Shown here: in pieces, positions 11,735-23,204 of the stretch
Position numbering within the stretch: position 1 is the first letter of the stretch
Layout of the letters: every line of letters starts with the position of its first letter
DNA from: Hemiscyllium ocellatum
Taxonomy: Eukaryota
Assembly (NCBI RefSeq): GCF_020745735.1
Contig: NC_083446.1
Location: forward strand, 4,154,001 to 4,218,000
Direction: 5' to 3'
DNA length: 64,000 nucleotides
Notes under the pieces: generated by a model
Seen by the model: the letters and a program-made list of their open reading frames with translations, nothing else
The model's database searches: none
What the model was told of the DNA's origin: nothing
Program-made: the position numbers and the translations under genes

Positions 11735-12170
11735 TAGAGTCAAACAGCAGGGAAACAGATCCTTGGGTCCAACCAGTCCATGACGAACATGATCCCAAAA
11801 CTAAACTAGTCCCACCTGCCTGCTCCTGGCCCATATTTTCTCCAAACCTTTCCTATTTCTGTACTTAGCCAAGTGTCTTTCAAAAGTTGTAATTGTACCT
11901 ACATCCACCACTTCCTCAGGAAGGCCATTCCACACACAAATCTTTAAATCTCTCTCCTTAAAAATGTGCCCCTGTACTTGAAATTCTCCCATCCTACGGA
12001 AAAGACACTTGCCATTCAGTTTATCTATTCCCCTCATTATTTTATAAAGGTCACTTCTCAACTTGCTACACTCCAGTGAATAACAAGTCCCAGCCTTTCT
12101 TTGTAACTCAAACCTTCCAAACCCGGCAACGTCCCGGTAAATCTCTTCTGAACCCTCTCCAGCTTGATAA
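11735..12170 (-). mobile_element. CR1 LINE 3' fragment
   Basis: LYKIMRGIDK...VWNGLPEEVVD peptide and a CR1 3' UTR. Confidence 0.8.
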
Positions 12171-12417
12171 CACCCCTCTCACACTTTTAAGCCACGTGCC
12201 TTTACCCTATACTCTCCCTCAAGGGGCAATACTATTCCATCCAGTGATCCCCCTCTCTTCTTTCACCTAGACTACTTGAATTTATATGGGAAAGGTGTGT
12301 CAGGAGATGTGTCAAAGTGGGATTCAATATCTTTGTGGCAGAGGTAGATTCAATTCCATAGTAATCAAGAATGTATTAGCTTTATTGTCACATCTACTCA
12401 GTAGAAAGTTGACAAGT

Positions 12418-12729
12418 GGGCGGCACGGTGGCACAGTGGTTAGCACTGCTGCCTCACAGCGCCTGAGACCTGGGTTCAATTCCCGACTCAGGCGACTGAC
12501 TGTGTGGAGTTTGCACGTTCTCCCCGTGTCTGCGTGGGTTTCCTCCGGGTGCTCCGGTTTCCTCCCACAGCCCAACGATGTGCGGGTCAGGTGAATTGGC
12601 CATGCTAAATTGCCCGTAGTGTTAGGTAAGGGGTAAATGTAGGGGTATGGGTGGGTTGCGCTTCGGCGGGTCGGTGTGGACTTGTTGGGCCGAAGGGCCT
12701 GTTTCCACACTGTAAGTAATCTAATCTAA
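12418..12729 (+). mobile_element. HE1-type V-SINE, young full-length copy
   Basis: Nearly identical to 4569-4881. Confidence 0.92.
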
Positions 12730-13277
12730 AGTTGCCATACTTACGGTGCCATCTTCGGTACAAGACATCTAGGTACAGATAGTTCAGTTGGAAAATAAAG
12801 AAATAAAAAGTCCAGTATTGCCCTCTGAGGGGGATGAAAGATTAAATCGGGAATATGCAGGAATTTGGAGTTGAGATAGAGGTTAAAATCAGAATAGCTA
12901 TGATGTTATTAAATAGCAAAGGGACCAAGTGGCCAACTGTTATTCATACTGGGGGAGGGGGAGGTCATTTATTCCCATCGACATTAGCACTTTGTAAAGT
13001 TCCGCTAATCAGCGCCTCATTATGCATTTCGCAAGAGGTCACAAAATGTTTTGGGTGTGGTGTGGTGTGGGGTGGGTGTGTATATATAGATAAAAGGCGT
13101 ATTTATAGATAATACTGAGTTCACGTGATCTCCTGGAATCTTTCCATTGCTGAAGAGGGCGGGAGAGGAAGATTTCAGTGCAACTTTCTCTTACTTTGTC
13201 TGTGGGTTTCTCCTCTAAGTTTCTTAAGCTCTCCCAGGGCAAATTGGAGGCAAGTCTGGAGTAGGAAGGACAGGTTT

Positions 13278-13634
13278 TGTAGCGATGTACTGACTGTTGT
13301 GCTGAGAGAAAGATCGGGCACACCTGAGGGCTCTTTACCCGTTACTCATTATCCTTCAGAAAAGTTCGTACAAACCTGGCCCCCAAGTGGACGATCCAAA
13401 CGAGCTGTCTGAAAAAAACCCCACAGGGGCCGGTGTCCCGTCACCCTTTATTTACACGTGTATAGTCCTCGACACTGGTCTGGCTCCCTTAGAACTAGCT
13501 CTCAATGAACAGAACCTCTGACACTCCTGTCAGTATCTCTGTCAGCCAGGGCTCCCAGATTGGAGCAGGTTAGCATCCCCAATCAGGGAATTCGTTCTAC
13601 AAGGCTCACTCGGCTGACCTAATTCCAATTGCTA
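13278..13634 (-). mobile_element. Possible solo LTR
   Basis: Begins TGTAGCG and has a minus-strand AATAAA (~13447) and CCAAT boxes. The right end is degraded. Confidence 0.4.
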
Positions 13635-14623
13635 GTGTTCATAATGGGCTCCCATTTGGCTAAACGTGGAGCGATTACTTCCTCTGGAACTTCCAAAAAC
13701 AAGGGCATTGAATTGATGACGCCCCACCCCCATATTAAGGAGCCTTGTCGTGCAGTAGGCAATACTCCTGCCTCTGGGCTGGATGTGTTGGGTTTGAGTG
13801 CCAGGCTAGGTCATTGGAGAGTTTTGACCAAACAGGCCTGTAAATCATCCCAGCATGCTTAGCAACAGGACTGGGATAGTCTCCCAATCAGTCCGCCTGG
13901 AGATAGTTATGATAAACTGCCGCAATATTTCACTTGTAAGACCATCATTCATAAACTTTCTAAAAGCACGTCACAACCTGAATGCTACAGCATACGCTGT
14001 CAAGTTCACTTGTGCGTGTTTCGCTTTGAGATGCCTCAATGTGATTTTACATCATGATCTTTGAGAGTAAATGCAAAATACTGCAGGTGCTGGAAACTGA
14101 ATATGGAGAAACTCAGCAGCATGCTTGGAGAGAAAGGAGACAGAGAAGGGGGGAAGAGAGAGAGAGAGAGAGAGAGAGAAGAACAGAGATAAAGCTCTGA
14201 AGAGTCATGCTAAGCTAGAAACACCAACTGGGTCTCACGCCACAGATGCTGCCTGCTCAGTTTCTCCAGCTTTCTGAGGAGCTGCGCACATGAAGAGCAT
14301 TGAAATCATATTGAGGGACCTCAGCGTGGAACTTGGTGCACGCAGAGAAGTTTGTTCCCACCGTGTACTCCATTTTCCATTGGAAATGGCTTGCTCGGGT
14401 TGCACGTCAGACATAGAGCGCGTGTTGCGAACGTGCATCGCAGTCGTAAAGAAATATTGACCAATCCAACGGCAGTCCACGGATTCGGAAAATGAGAACC
14501 AAAAGGACAGAAAAAAAAAAGACTCAGTTATTCGGGTGTCCCAGTTGTAAGATGCATGGTTTCCCCTCTCTATCCTATCGCCTTGGAATCCAAGGCAGTG
14601 AGGTTTAAGAAAAAGGTACTCAC

Positions 14624-14699
14624 GACAAGGTTGAGGCTGGTACATGGCAGTCACCAGGAAGAATGAAGAGCAGATAGCCAGGGCAGCTAGCAGCTTCAT
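14624..14699 (-). CDS. Ependymin-like protein, coding exon 1: signal peptide plus QPQPC (the exon starts at 14733)
   Basis: ACCATGA start context, hydrophobic leader MKLLAALAICSSFFLVTA, first conserved Cys, gtgagt donor at 14618-14623 and an upstream tctgtag acceptor. Confidence 0.88.
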
Positions 14700-14849
14700 G
14701 GTTGCTTCGTGGGATCTGAATTTCGGTCACTCCCTACAGATACAGAAATGAAACAAAGGCATTTCTTACTCATGTGGGAGAGTATCACATGCATTGAGGC
14801 AATGAAAGGGTCTGATAACTGAACAGACTCGTTAAACCTCAGTGGGAAG

Positions 14850-16060
14850 ACCTCAGAGAATGCTCCTTCCCCAGTGTCTTGGCAGCAGCTGCCCAAGGCT
14901 TTACTGCATCCCTCAGCACGTAGTCCTGGACCTCGGAATGCACTGGTCTGCAGCACCCGGTCGAGATCAACTCTTTACACTGTAAGACCAACAAGTGTTG
15001 GGCCATACCAAAGAGCATCTTTCATCAAGTCGATGATCCTCCAAACTCTGTTGATGATTGTTCTCTGGGATGGACACCAAGACAGACTGTAGAGCACAGA
15101 GTCCCATATCATATGAACCTCGACAAAAATCATTGCATCTTTCTCCAGACCTTTGTTGCAAAGGATTATTCCAGGACGTTCGACAGTCTGTATCACCATC
15201 AACTCGCACCCTCCACCACCACACCCCCCACCAATCCACACACCTACCACCCTCCATCCCCTCACATCTGCCAGCATCACCCCGTATCCCCCCACCACCA
15301 CCTCCCCAACCCACACCCACCACCCCCCCAAACCCACCATCACCCCACACACCCACCATCCCCTCACACCTACCAGCACCACCCACATCCCCCCAACCCA
15401 CACCCTCCCAATCACACCCACCACCCTGCACCCCCCCAAAACCCACCATCACCCCACACACCCACCATCCTCCATCCCCTCACACCTACCAGCACCACCC
15501 ACATCGCCCCAACCCACACCCTCCTAATCACACACACCACCCTGCACCCCCCCCAAACCCACCATCACCCCACACACCCACCATCCTCCATCCCCTCACA
15601 CCTACCAGCACCACCCACATCCCCCCAACCCACACCCTCCCAATCACACCCAGCACTCTGCAAACCCCCCCCCACCACCCCCAATCTACTACGCCCAATC
15701 CCCCCCCCCCCCCCCGCCGACAAACCATCTTCCCAGCCAATCAGCTGTTTCATGAAGGATCTGACCGGCACCATCAACCAAGCTACGTCTTGGTACTTGG
15801 TGGAAAGTTCTGGTGATGAGACGCTCTGCCAAATGAGTTTGACAGTCTGCTCAGGGAACTGTGCGACAGGATCCACCCTCTCCTCGTCCCCCAGGGTATC
15901 GAGGACACTACGTGCTGACTACTTCCTGATGGACTTGTGGTCAAAAGGTAGCTTTCGTTTTTGCAAATTTTTCCATGAAGGACCAGGTGATACGGAATGG
16001 TCCAACCACTTGGGAGCTTTCTGCCAAGCGAAGGCCAGTCCCAGCAACACCAGGGACAGG
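14850..16060 (-). mobile_element. Tx1/L1-clade LINE ORF2 C-terminal fragment interrupted by a C-rich tandem repeat
   Basis: FPEQTVKLIWQSVSSPELSTKYQDVAWL...PVRSFM on one side and ...WRIIDLMKDALW on the other, as I recall from Tx1 ORF2 ends. Confidence 0.65.
15205..15720. repeat. C/A-rich compound minisatellite (~110-120 bp unit, about 4 copies)
   Basis: Recurring cccctcacacctaccagcaccacccacatccccccaacccacaccctcccaatcacaccc; almost no G on the + strand. Confidence 0.9.
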
Positions 16061-16072
16061 TGGGAGCTGGGA

Positions 16073-16378
16073 TGGCATGATGGCTCAGTGGTTAGCACTG
16101 CTGCCTCCCAATGCCAGGGACCCTGGTTTGATTCCAGCTGCGGTGACTGCCTACGTGTAGCTTGCACATTCTCCCCATGTCTGCATGGATTTCCTCCCAC
16201 AGTTCAAAGGTGTGCAGTTTAGGATGAATTGGTCATACCAAATTGTCCATTTCTTCAGGGATGTGTAGGTTAGCAGGTAGATTTAGGGTAAGGGAATGAG
16301 TCTAGGTGGGAAGCTCTGAGGATCAGCGTGGACTTGTTGGGCCAAAGGGCCGATTTCCACACTGTAGGGATTCTATGA
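16073..16378 (+). mobile_element. HE1-type V-SINE, older copy
   Basis: Diverged head, V-domain and tail. Confidence 0.8.
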
Positions 16379-16611
16379 TGATCTCAATGAATCTCGGTAC
16401 ATTGTGACACTGTGGTCATGTCCCGAGATGACACGCAACAGAACTACTTTAGTACCTGTGAACGCACATTAAAGGTTTTGTTTATGAATAAAGTACATAT
16501 TTACACAGATGAAGTTTGGACATTTAAGCCGAATTCCAGAGGGCATGAGCAGGAGGGGAAGTGAAGGTAGCCAAGCAGGAGGCTGGAAGAACACAGCAAG
16601 CCAGGCAACAT

Positions 16612-16926
16612 GGCGGCACGATGGCACAGTGGTTAGCACTGCTGCCTCACAGCGCCTGAGACCCGGGTTCAGTTCCCAACTCAGGCGACTGACTGTGTGG
16701 AGTTTGCACGTTCTCCCCGTGTCTGCGTGGGTTTCCTCCGGGTGCTCCGGTTTCCTCCCACAGTCCAAAGATGTGCGGGTCAGGTGAATTGGCCGTGCTA
16801 AATTGCCGTAGTGTTAGGTAAGGGGTAAATGTAGGGGTATGGGTGGGTTGCACTTCGGCGGGTCGGTGTGGACTTGTTGGGCCGAAGGGCCTGTTTCCAC
16901 ACTGTAAGTAATCTAATCTAATCTAA
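16612..16926 (+). mobile_element. HE1-type V-SINE, young copy
   Basis: Near-identical to the other young copies; (TAATC)n tail. Confidence 0.92.
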
Positions 16927-16934
16927 AAAAAACA

Positions 16935-17480
16935 CCAGGAAGTAGAGAAGACAACATTTCAGGTGTAACCCTTCTTCAGGGTTGGAGGTGGGTATAAGGG
17001 GGAAGCTGCAGATAAAGATGGGGTGGGGTGGTATGGTGGGGATAGGTAAACACAAGTAGAGGGTACGGCCTGGTTGGTCAAGGGGAGGAATGAATCCGGT
17101 TAAAAGCTGGAAGGAAGGGACGATCAGAGGGATGGAAGGGAGGGGGGGGGCAGCTGGGAAAGGAGACTGGGGAACGGGAAGGGAAGTTATTTGCAATTGG
17201 AGAACTCAGTGTTGAGTCCTCCAGGCTATAGGCTGCCCACACAGAAGATGAGGTCGAGGATGGTCATGTCAGAAAGGGGAGTGGGAAGGGGAATTAAAGT
17301 TGGGACAGTGCCTGGGATGTCAGTGTGGGGCCGGCTGAGATGCTCAGCAAGTTTACGTTTGGTCTCTCCAAAATGTAGAGAAGACCATATCGGGAGCACC
17401 GGATACAGTAAAATAGGTTGGAGAGGCAGGTGAAACTCTGTTTGGGGCCCTGGATGGAGGTGAGTGAGGTGGTGTGCCAA
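16935..17480 (-). mobile_element. Degenerate Neptune-type Penelope-like fragment (GIY-YIG region and pLTR)
   Basis: FTCLSNLFYCIRCSRYGLL and GETKRKLAEH in adjacent frames. Confidence 0.75.
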
Positions 17481-19685
17481 CAGGTTTGAGGGGTGGAAAC
17501 ACCTATCGGAACATTAATTGGAGAACTAAGCACCTCCTGCAGTGTTCAGGTGGAGCAGCTTTCTGAGCGGGATCTCCAAGCAGATATCCTTCAGACCAAG
17601 AAATGGGAAACGCTGAAAATCTTGGATAAATTCTGTTGTGACAGGGTTGTGGCTTTCAGGGACTTGTATAGACTCAAAATAAACAAACATCCTGAAGTGC
17701 TGTGCAGGAGTGTTATAAAAATTTTGCATTGGACCACAAAAGGAGACAATTTCTGGCAAGTCACTCACCGGTATTCCTAAAACTGGTCCACCATCGACAC
17801 GGAGCAGTGTTGGAATACTCCCCACTTACTTGGGCAAGGCAGCTCCAATGACACTCTAGAAGATGGACACTATCCAGGACAAAGCAGCCCCCCCCCCCGC
17901 AACTCTCCCACTGGTTTCAACATTCACTTCCCCCACCACTGATGTGCAGTGCCTTCTAAAATCCCTGGACTCCATCACGTGGACAGCAGATAGGTGGGAA
18001 CATCACAGCTGCAGTTCCCCTCCAAGCCAAGCCACGCATCCGAGTCAGAATGGTTTCGCCACTCCTTTGCTGTCGCTGGGTCAAAATCCCGCAACTCCCT
18101 CCCTAACAGCACCGTGAGTGTCCCTTCACCACAAAGATTGCGGTGGGGGTGGGGATTCAAGTGGCTCCCCACCAGCTTCTCCAAGGGCAGTTAGGGAGAG
18201 GCAGTAAATGCTGGCCTTTGATACCCACACCCTCTGAACGAAGTAAAACAGAAGGGGCTGAGTCAAAGAGGTTGGTTATAAGCAGCAGCGTGAAAGAGAG
18301 GGGGGTACACTAAGGTGTTAACCTCAGAAGCCAAGGCCAGATTAGAATGCGATAATTAAAGAGGTTTGTGATAAACATAACTGGAGGCTCCACTCCCCTC
18401 GAGCCTATTACAGCCTGGATTTTGACGATTCCTTCCAACACACCCACGTTAAAGATAATTCTGCCAACTTTTGTTGGTTGGAATACAGTCTGGGAGTTTC
18501 AGTAATAAAACTAAATATGGTTCAATGCACTGTCTGACTGGGTCAAAGGTTCTCCACACAAAGCAGGAACAGTTCTGCTTCTGCAAGATTCACTGCTCTC
18601 AACCACAGCAACGGAGGGAGACCACATACTGACAGAGACGGTGGACAGTCATGGTCAGAGTCAGAGGTATACAGCACTTCGGTCTAACTCGTCTATGCCA
18701 ACCAGATATCTTAACCTAATCTAGACCTATTTACCAGCACCTGGCCCGTATCCCTTTAAACCCTTCCTATTCATATACCCATCCAGACATCTTTTCAATG
18801 CTGCAATTGAACCAGCCTCCACTACTTCCTCTGGTAACTCATTCCACACACGTATAACCCTCTGAAAAAGTTGCCCCTTCGGTCCCTTTTATATCTTTCC
18901 CTTCTTACACTAAACCCTCTAATTTTGGACTCGCCCACCTGAGGGAAAAAGACCTTGTCTATTTACCATATTCATGCACCTTCATGCTTTTATAAACCTC
19001 AGATCACCCCTCAGCCTTTGATGCAAAACTTGCAAACTTGAACCGCAGTCCTTCAGGCACTGGATTGCTCTAATACTCTGCTGCCAAAGTCCACCATCCT
19101 CTGAAGGTTTCAAATTCTCCCAGCATTGTTAAATCAGTCAAAACCCAGTCAGTCAACACCACCCCCATCACCTGGTACTTGAGAATGTATTGGCTCCCCA
19201 GCCAGCAATTTCTTGACTTTTAACTCATCCTACTTTGTAAAACCCACCCATTCCCCAGCATTTCTGGGATCTGCCCCAGCCCCATGAGGCTCAACACACC
19301 ATGAACCTACAGATCAGACCACTGGCATTCTGCTTCTCCTGTGCAGTGTCAGGGGACCCACAGGGCTGACAGTGAAGGAGTTCCGGAGCTTGAACCCAGG
19401 TACAGGGGAAGAATGGCAGACACTTTCTTTCAAAAGAGTTTGATGCAGGCTTGGAAGGGAACATGATCTTAACTGGCTCAGTGTCAAATGCTGTTTATCT
19501 CGCCAATTAAATGCCTCAAGACATTGTATCATGTTAAAGATGGCACATAAAGGCAAGTTGTTATTGACTACACAAATCTCTATCCAAACAAAACTCGTTA
19601 ACAATCATTGTAACAACAGACTGCGACGTAGCCTGCTGTTCACGATCTGCAAGTTTTCTAGAGCACTCTTACCCTCTACACTCAC

Positions 19686-19845
19686 CTGCGATGAGAACTC
19701 CTCGATGGCGTTGAGAGGTCACAAATTCCTGCTCAAAGTGTGACACTTTTATACTTCCTTATCATGAGACCAGATTGCACAACATAATGTCGTGTGACAA
19801 TCAGATACAAAGGCAACCAATTAACTGATGTGTTAACCACAAAAG
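19686..19845 (-). promoter_or_regulatory. Probable promoter and short non-coding exon 1 of the ependymin-like gene
   Basis: TATAAAA at 19753-19747 with a consensus CAG|GTGAGT donor about 60 nt downstream (exon end 19686). Adjacent ETS, GATA, C/EBP-like and RUNX motifs. Confidence 0.6.
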
Positions 19846-21425
19846 GCAGTGCAAACCTGATATCACATAGTCACCTCACCCGTGATTATTCAACGAGTCT
19901 TGTTTGTGAAGGGCAGGTGGGGGGGTGGGGTGGGGAAGGGCAATTGCTCAAGACTGGGAGAAACTGCTAAATGCTCAATCTCAGCAACTTCACCTTCATT
20001 AAATATTTGCTGAATAAATGTATATCAAACTTAAACATTGGAGATAATCTAAAGTGGTATCGCAGGCTATGTAAACACTGGAAATCTGTTTTAACTGGGT
20101 TCTATATACTTCAGCTTTCAAGGAAGGGCATTTTTCACTTCAAATTTTGGTAATTTGAAAAATTGGAGTTTATTAATGCAGTCCAGCCAAACCAGTTTAC
20201 TTTTTTTGACCCCAGTATCCTCAATAGCAGACACCAACTATTTTGCATTATACCCTATCCCACTGAACAACTGCTGTCAGATATTTCTCTATCTGAATGG
20301 CTGCCATGTATTTTGGGAGGAGGTGGTGGGGAAGTCAGGAGAAAAATGTACAGAACCACCTGGGCGGGGAATATGGTGTCAGATAATGTTATCTGAACAA
20401 TGAATAGTTTTTTTTTTGAAAACAAGACCTTGAGATCTCAGATAATCTGAAATTCTGATAGAGGTTCTATGGTAGTTCACGTGGACTCCCATTGTGACCA
20501 AATGGGGGTACATCTGTGCACATGAACATGCACTGCTGCGATTCACTACTAACAGGGATCCCAACTCCAGATAAATATCATAGGGAATCGGCAGGAATAC
20601 CAGAGTGCTCCTAAACCCAACTGGATCACAAACGTGACGGGTCAAATAGCCTTCCACATGTACATCTTGTGATCTGTGAATATTGCTGAGGGAAGGAAAT
20701 CTGACCCCTTTTCACAGACTGGCCTACATGTGACACCACATACACAGCAATGTGGTAGACTTTGAACGGCCCTCTGAAACTAAGGATTAGGGGTTTGCAG
20801 GCAGTGGCCCTGTCAGCAACATGCACATCAGAATCAGATGTACAGCACAGAAACAGACCCTTTGGTCCAACATGCCTATGCTGACCAGATATCCTAATCT
20901 AATCCCATTTGCCAGCATTGAGTCCATGCCCATCTAAACCTTACCTATTCATGTACCCATCCACATCCCTTTTAAATACTGTCATTGTACCAGTCTCCCC
21001 TACTTCCTGACAGCTCATTCCATGCATGCACCAATGATTCCCATATTCCTGCAAATCTCTCCTAGTGTTCTTCCCTTTGAAAGCAGAATAGAGGAGCATA
21101 GTAGCCCATTCAGCCCTTCAAACCTGATCCACTAAAACATGTGGACCCAATGGGCTGCATGGCCTTACATCCACTAGTGTTAAGGTGTTATGATCGTGAC
21201 TGATCCTGATGTGGAGGGGCTTGTGTTAGGATTGGCATGGACAAGGTCAGAAGTCACAACACCAGGTTATAGACAGAAGTTGAACAGGCTGGCCCCAACC
21301 CCAAAGCATGGGAGGCTGAGTGGTGACCTTTAGATGTTTATAAAGTCAGGAGGCCCTTGATAGGGTGAAAAGCAGAGGTATTTTTCCCTCAGGGTAGGGG
21401 AGCCCAAAACTAGAAGGCATAGGTT

Positions 21426-22199
21426 TGTTGGGGTGATTACACTACTAGGGTGTTTAATGTAGGGCTAGGGAGGGTAATACTATTACTGCAACAGACACTT
21501 CTAGTTCCAGCCCTGAAACGGTTAATAACAGCCATGCGGGCTGAAGCTGGCAACTGCATGACTACCTGACTGGAGCTCGCAATTGATATACATTTTGTTA
21601 ATTAAATCATGGAGCCTGTAATTGCCAGCCAGTGTCAATTGTTCCATCGAAACTCATGATTGATAAAGGAACCTGTAACTGTCAGACAGTGTGAATTGCT
21701 CTATCGGAACTCAGTTGACAAAAGTACCTGTTAATTTACTTGCTGAAACTATTGATTAAATCACAGAAAGCGACTAGCCTGTCAGACACATAGTAATGAG
21801 AGTTGATTCTCTAAACAATGAACTATTGATTACGGGATCGGAACCGCTGGCCCCAGGACGTCTGTGCCATTGTCAAGCACAGCAGGAGCTGGACAGGCAC
21901 CTTGATGCGGCCAATGGGAAGACGGATCCCATCGCGCGCAGATGAACGGACCAATGAGGAAGGCGGACAAGGAAAATCTGACCGGGGACTCCAGGCAGCG
22001 CGAAGTATAACTGTGCCAAGTCCGAATGGGGTGGGCAGAACGCCTTCTCCAACGAATGCATGCTTGATAATTCGTTGTATCGTTTCCCAGTTAAGATTCT
22101 GTGAATAAACGGCAGTCTGCGCCAAACTAAAGATGCCAGTGTGGGTCTCTCCTTCCAAAAGGACACGCAAAGACAGGACCCCGCGGGTCCGTCATAACA
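21426..22199 (+). mobile_element. Solo LTR (774 bp) inserted in a CR1 fragment
   Basis: TGTTG...TAACA termini, 4-bp TSD GGTT (21422-21425 and 22200-22203), two CCAAT boxes, GTATAA and AATAAA in LTR order. The CR1 sequence resumes on both sides. Confidence 0.85.
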
Positions 22200-22834
22200 G
22201 GTTTAAGGGAAAGATTTGGAAAAAGGACTGGGGGTAACTTCTCAGATGCTGATGTGTGGATGGAATGAGCTGCCAGCAGTAGTGGTGGAAGCTAGTGCAA
22301 TTACAGTACTTAAAATGGCATCTGAATATGAAGGGTTTAAGAGGGCTATTGGGCAGAATGTTGGCAAGTGGGACTAGATTTAGGATATCTGGCCAGAATG
22401 GCCAAGTTAGACCAAAGGATCTGTTTCCATGCTGTACAGTATTTGTTCTACTGTAACAAGTGTCATTTAGATGAGGGCTTAAGATCATTCAAAATAGTAA
22501 TGGGGTAAACTAGCCTTCAAGCCTGCTCCACCATTCAACTGGATCATAGTCCTCATACCTACATTTCCCATAACCCTCAGTTCCCCAGCTGATTAAGAAT
22601 CTCTCAGCCTTGAAATATTAGGACTGCCCCCACAGCTGGGGCCAGGAGTCCCAACAAGAAATTCTTCCTCATCTCAGTTACTTGGTGCCCCTTTATTGAG
22701 ACAATGCCCTCCAATCAGAGACCCCATGGAGGGGGGAAAATATTCTCTCAGCAGTCACCCTGTCAAGCCCCATAAGAATCTCATGTTTCAAGGCGATCAC
22801 CTCATTTTTCTAAACTTTAGTGAGTAGTATCCCA

Positions 22835-22977
22835 GTAAAAAATGAGGTCTGCAGATGCTGGAGATCACAGCTGCAAATGTGTTGCTGGTCAAAGCACAGC
22901 AGGCCAGGCAGCATCTCAGGAATAGAGAATTCGACGTTTCGAGCATAAGCCCTTCATCAGGAATAAGCCCTTCATCA
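22835..22977 (-). mobile_element. Single-arm mini Penelope-like insertion
   Basis: Perfect 14-bp TSD TGAGTAGTATCCCA (22821-22834 and 22978-22991); same subfamily as 36125-36250. Confidence 0.85.
22929..22964 (-). ncRNA. Minimal type I hammerhead ribozyme motif (best-preserved example)
   Basis: ATTC-CTGATGA-A-GGGC-TTAT-GCTC-GAAA-CG-TC|GAAT: stem I ATTC/GAAT, stem II GGGC/GCTC, palindromic ACGT helix III and a GUC cleavage triplet. Confidence 0.75.
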
Positions 22978-23204
22978 TGAGTAGTATCCCAATCTGTTTA
23001 GACTTGGTGGGGGGTATTTGGCCTTTGTTAATTGAACAATGTCCCCACCATCTTCCCCAGTGACTCAAAAGCTTGTTTCTCAACTTGAAGCCTTAGGATA
23101 TAAACCACAGCTCAAGATAGAGATTCTTGAATTTTAAACAAGGTAACAGTTTTGATCACCCTACTTGGATCACCAGTCGATAGAGGCAATAATGCCAGAC
23201 ACAG

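Noticed and set aside
13376-13408. Alternative candidate for ependymin-like exon 2 (tttttcag...gtttgt)
   Set aside because: Wrong exit phase, no family similarity, and inside a probable LTR. 9074-9108 fits better.
14235-14623. Remainder of the 154-aa ORF after the signal peptide
   Set aside because: It reads through a consensus GTGAGT donor; homology continues only via splicing to 9108.
15058-16222. Long Pro/His/Thr-rich ORFs (252 and 369 aa) and their Gly/Val/Trp-rich antisense ORFs
   Set aside because: They arise from a C-rich tandem repeat lacking stop codons and run into Tx1 and SINE sequence.
1-20000. CAPN1 expected downstream of SPDYC from human synteny
   Set aside because: No calpain-like exon was found; the exons here encode an ependymin-like protein.
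21830-22110. CpG/CCAAT-rich patch as the ependymin-like gene promoter
   Set aside because: It lies within a TSD-flanked solo LTR oriented on the opposite strand.
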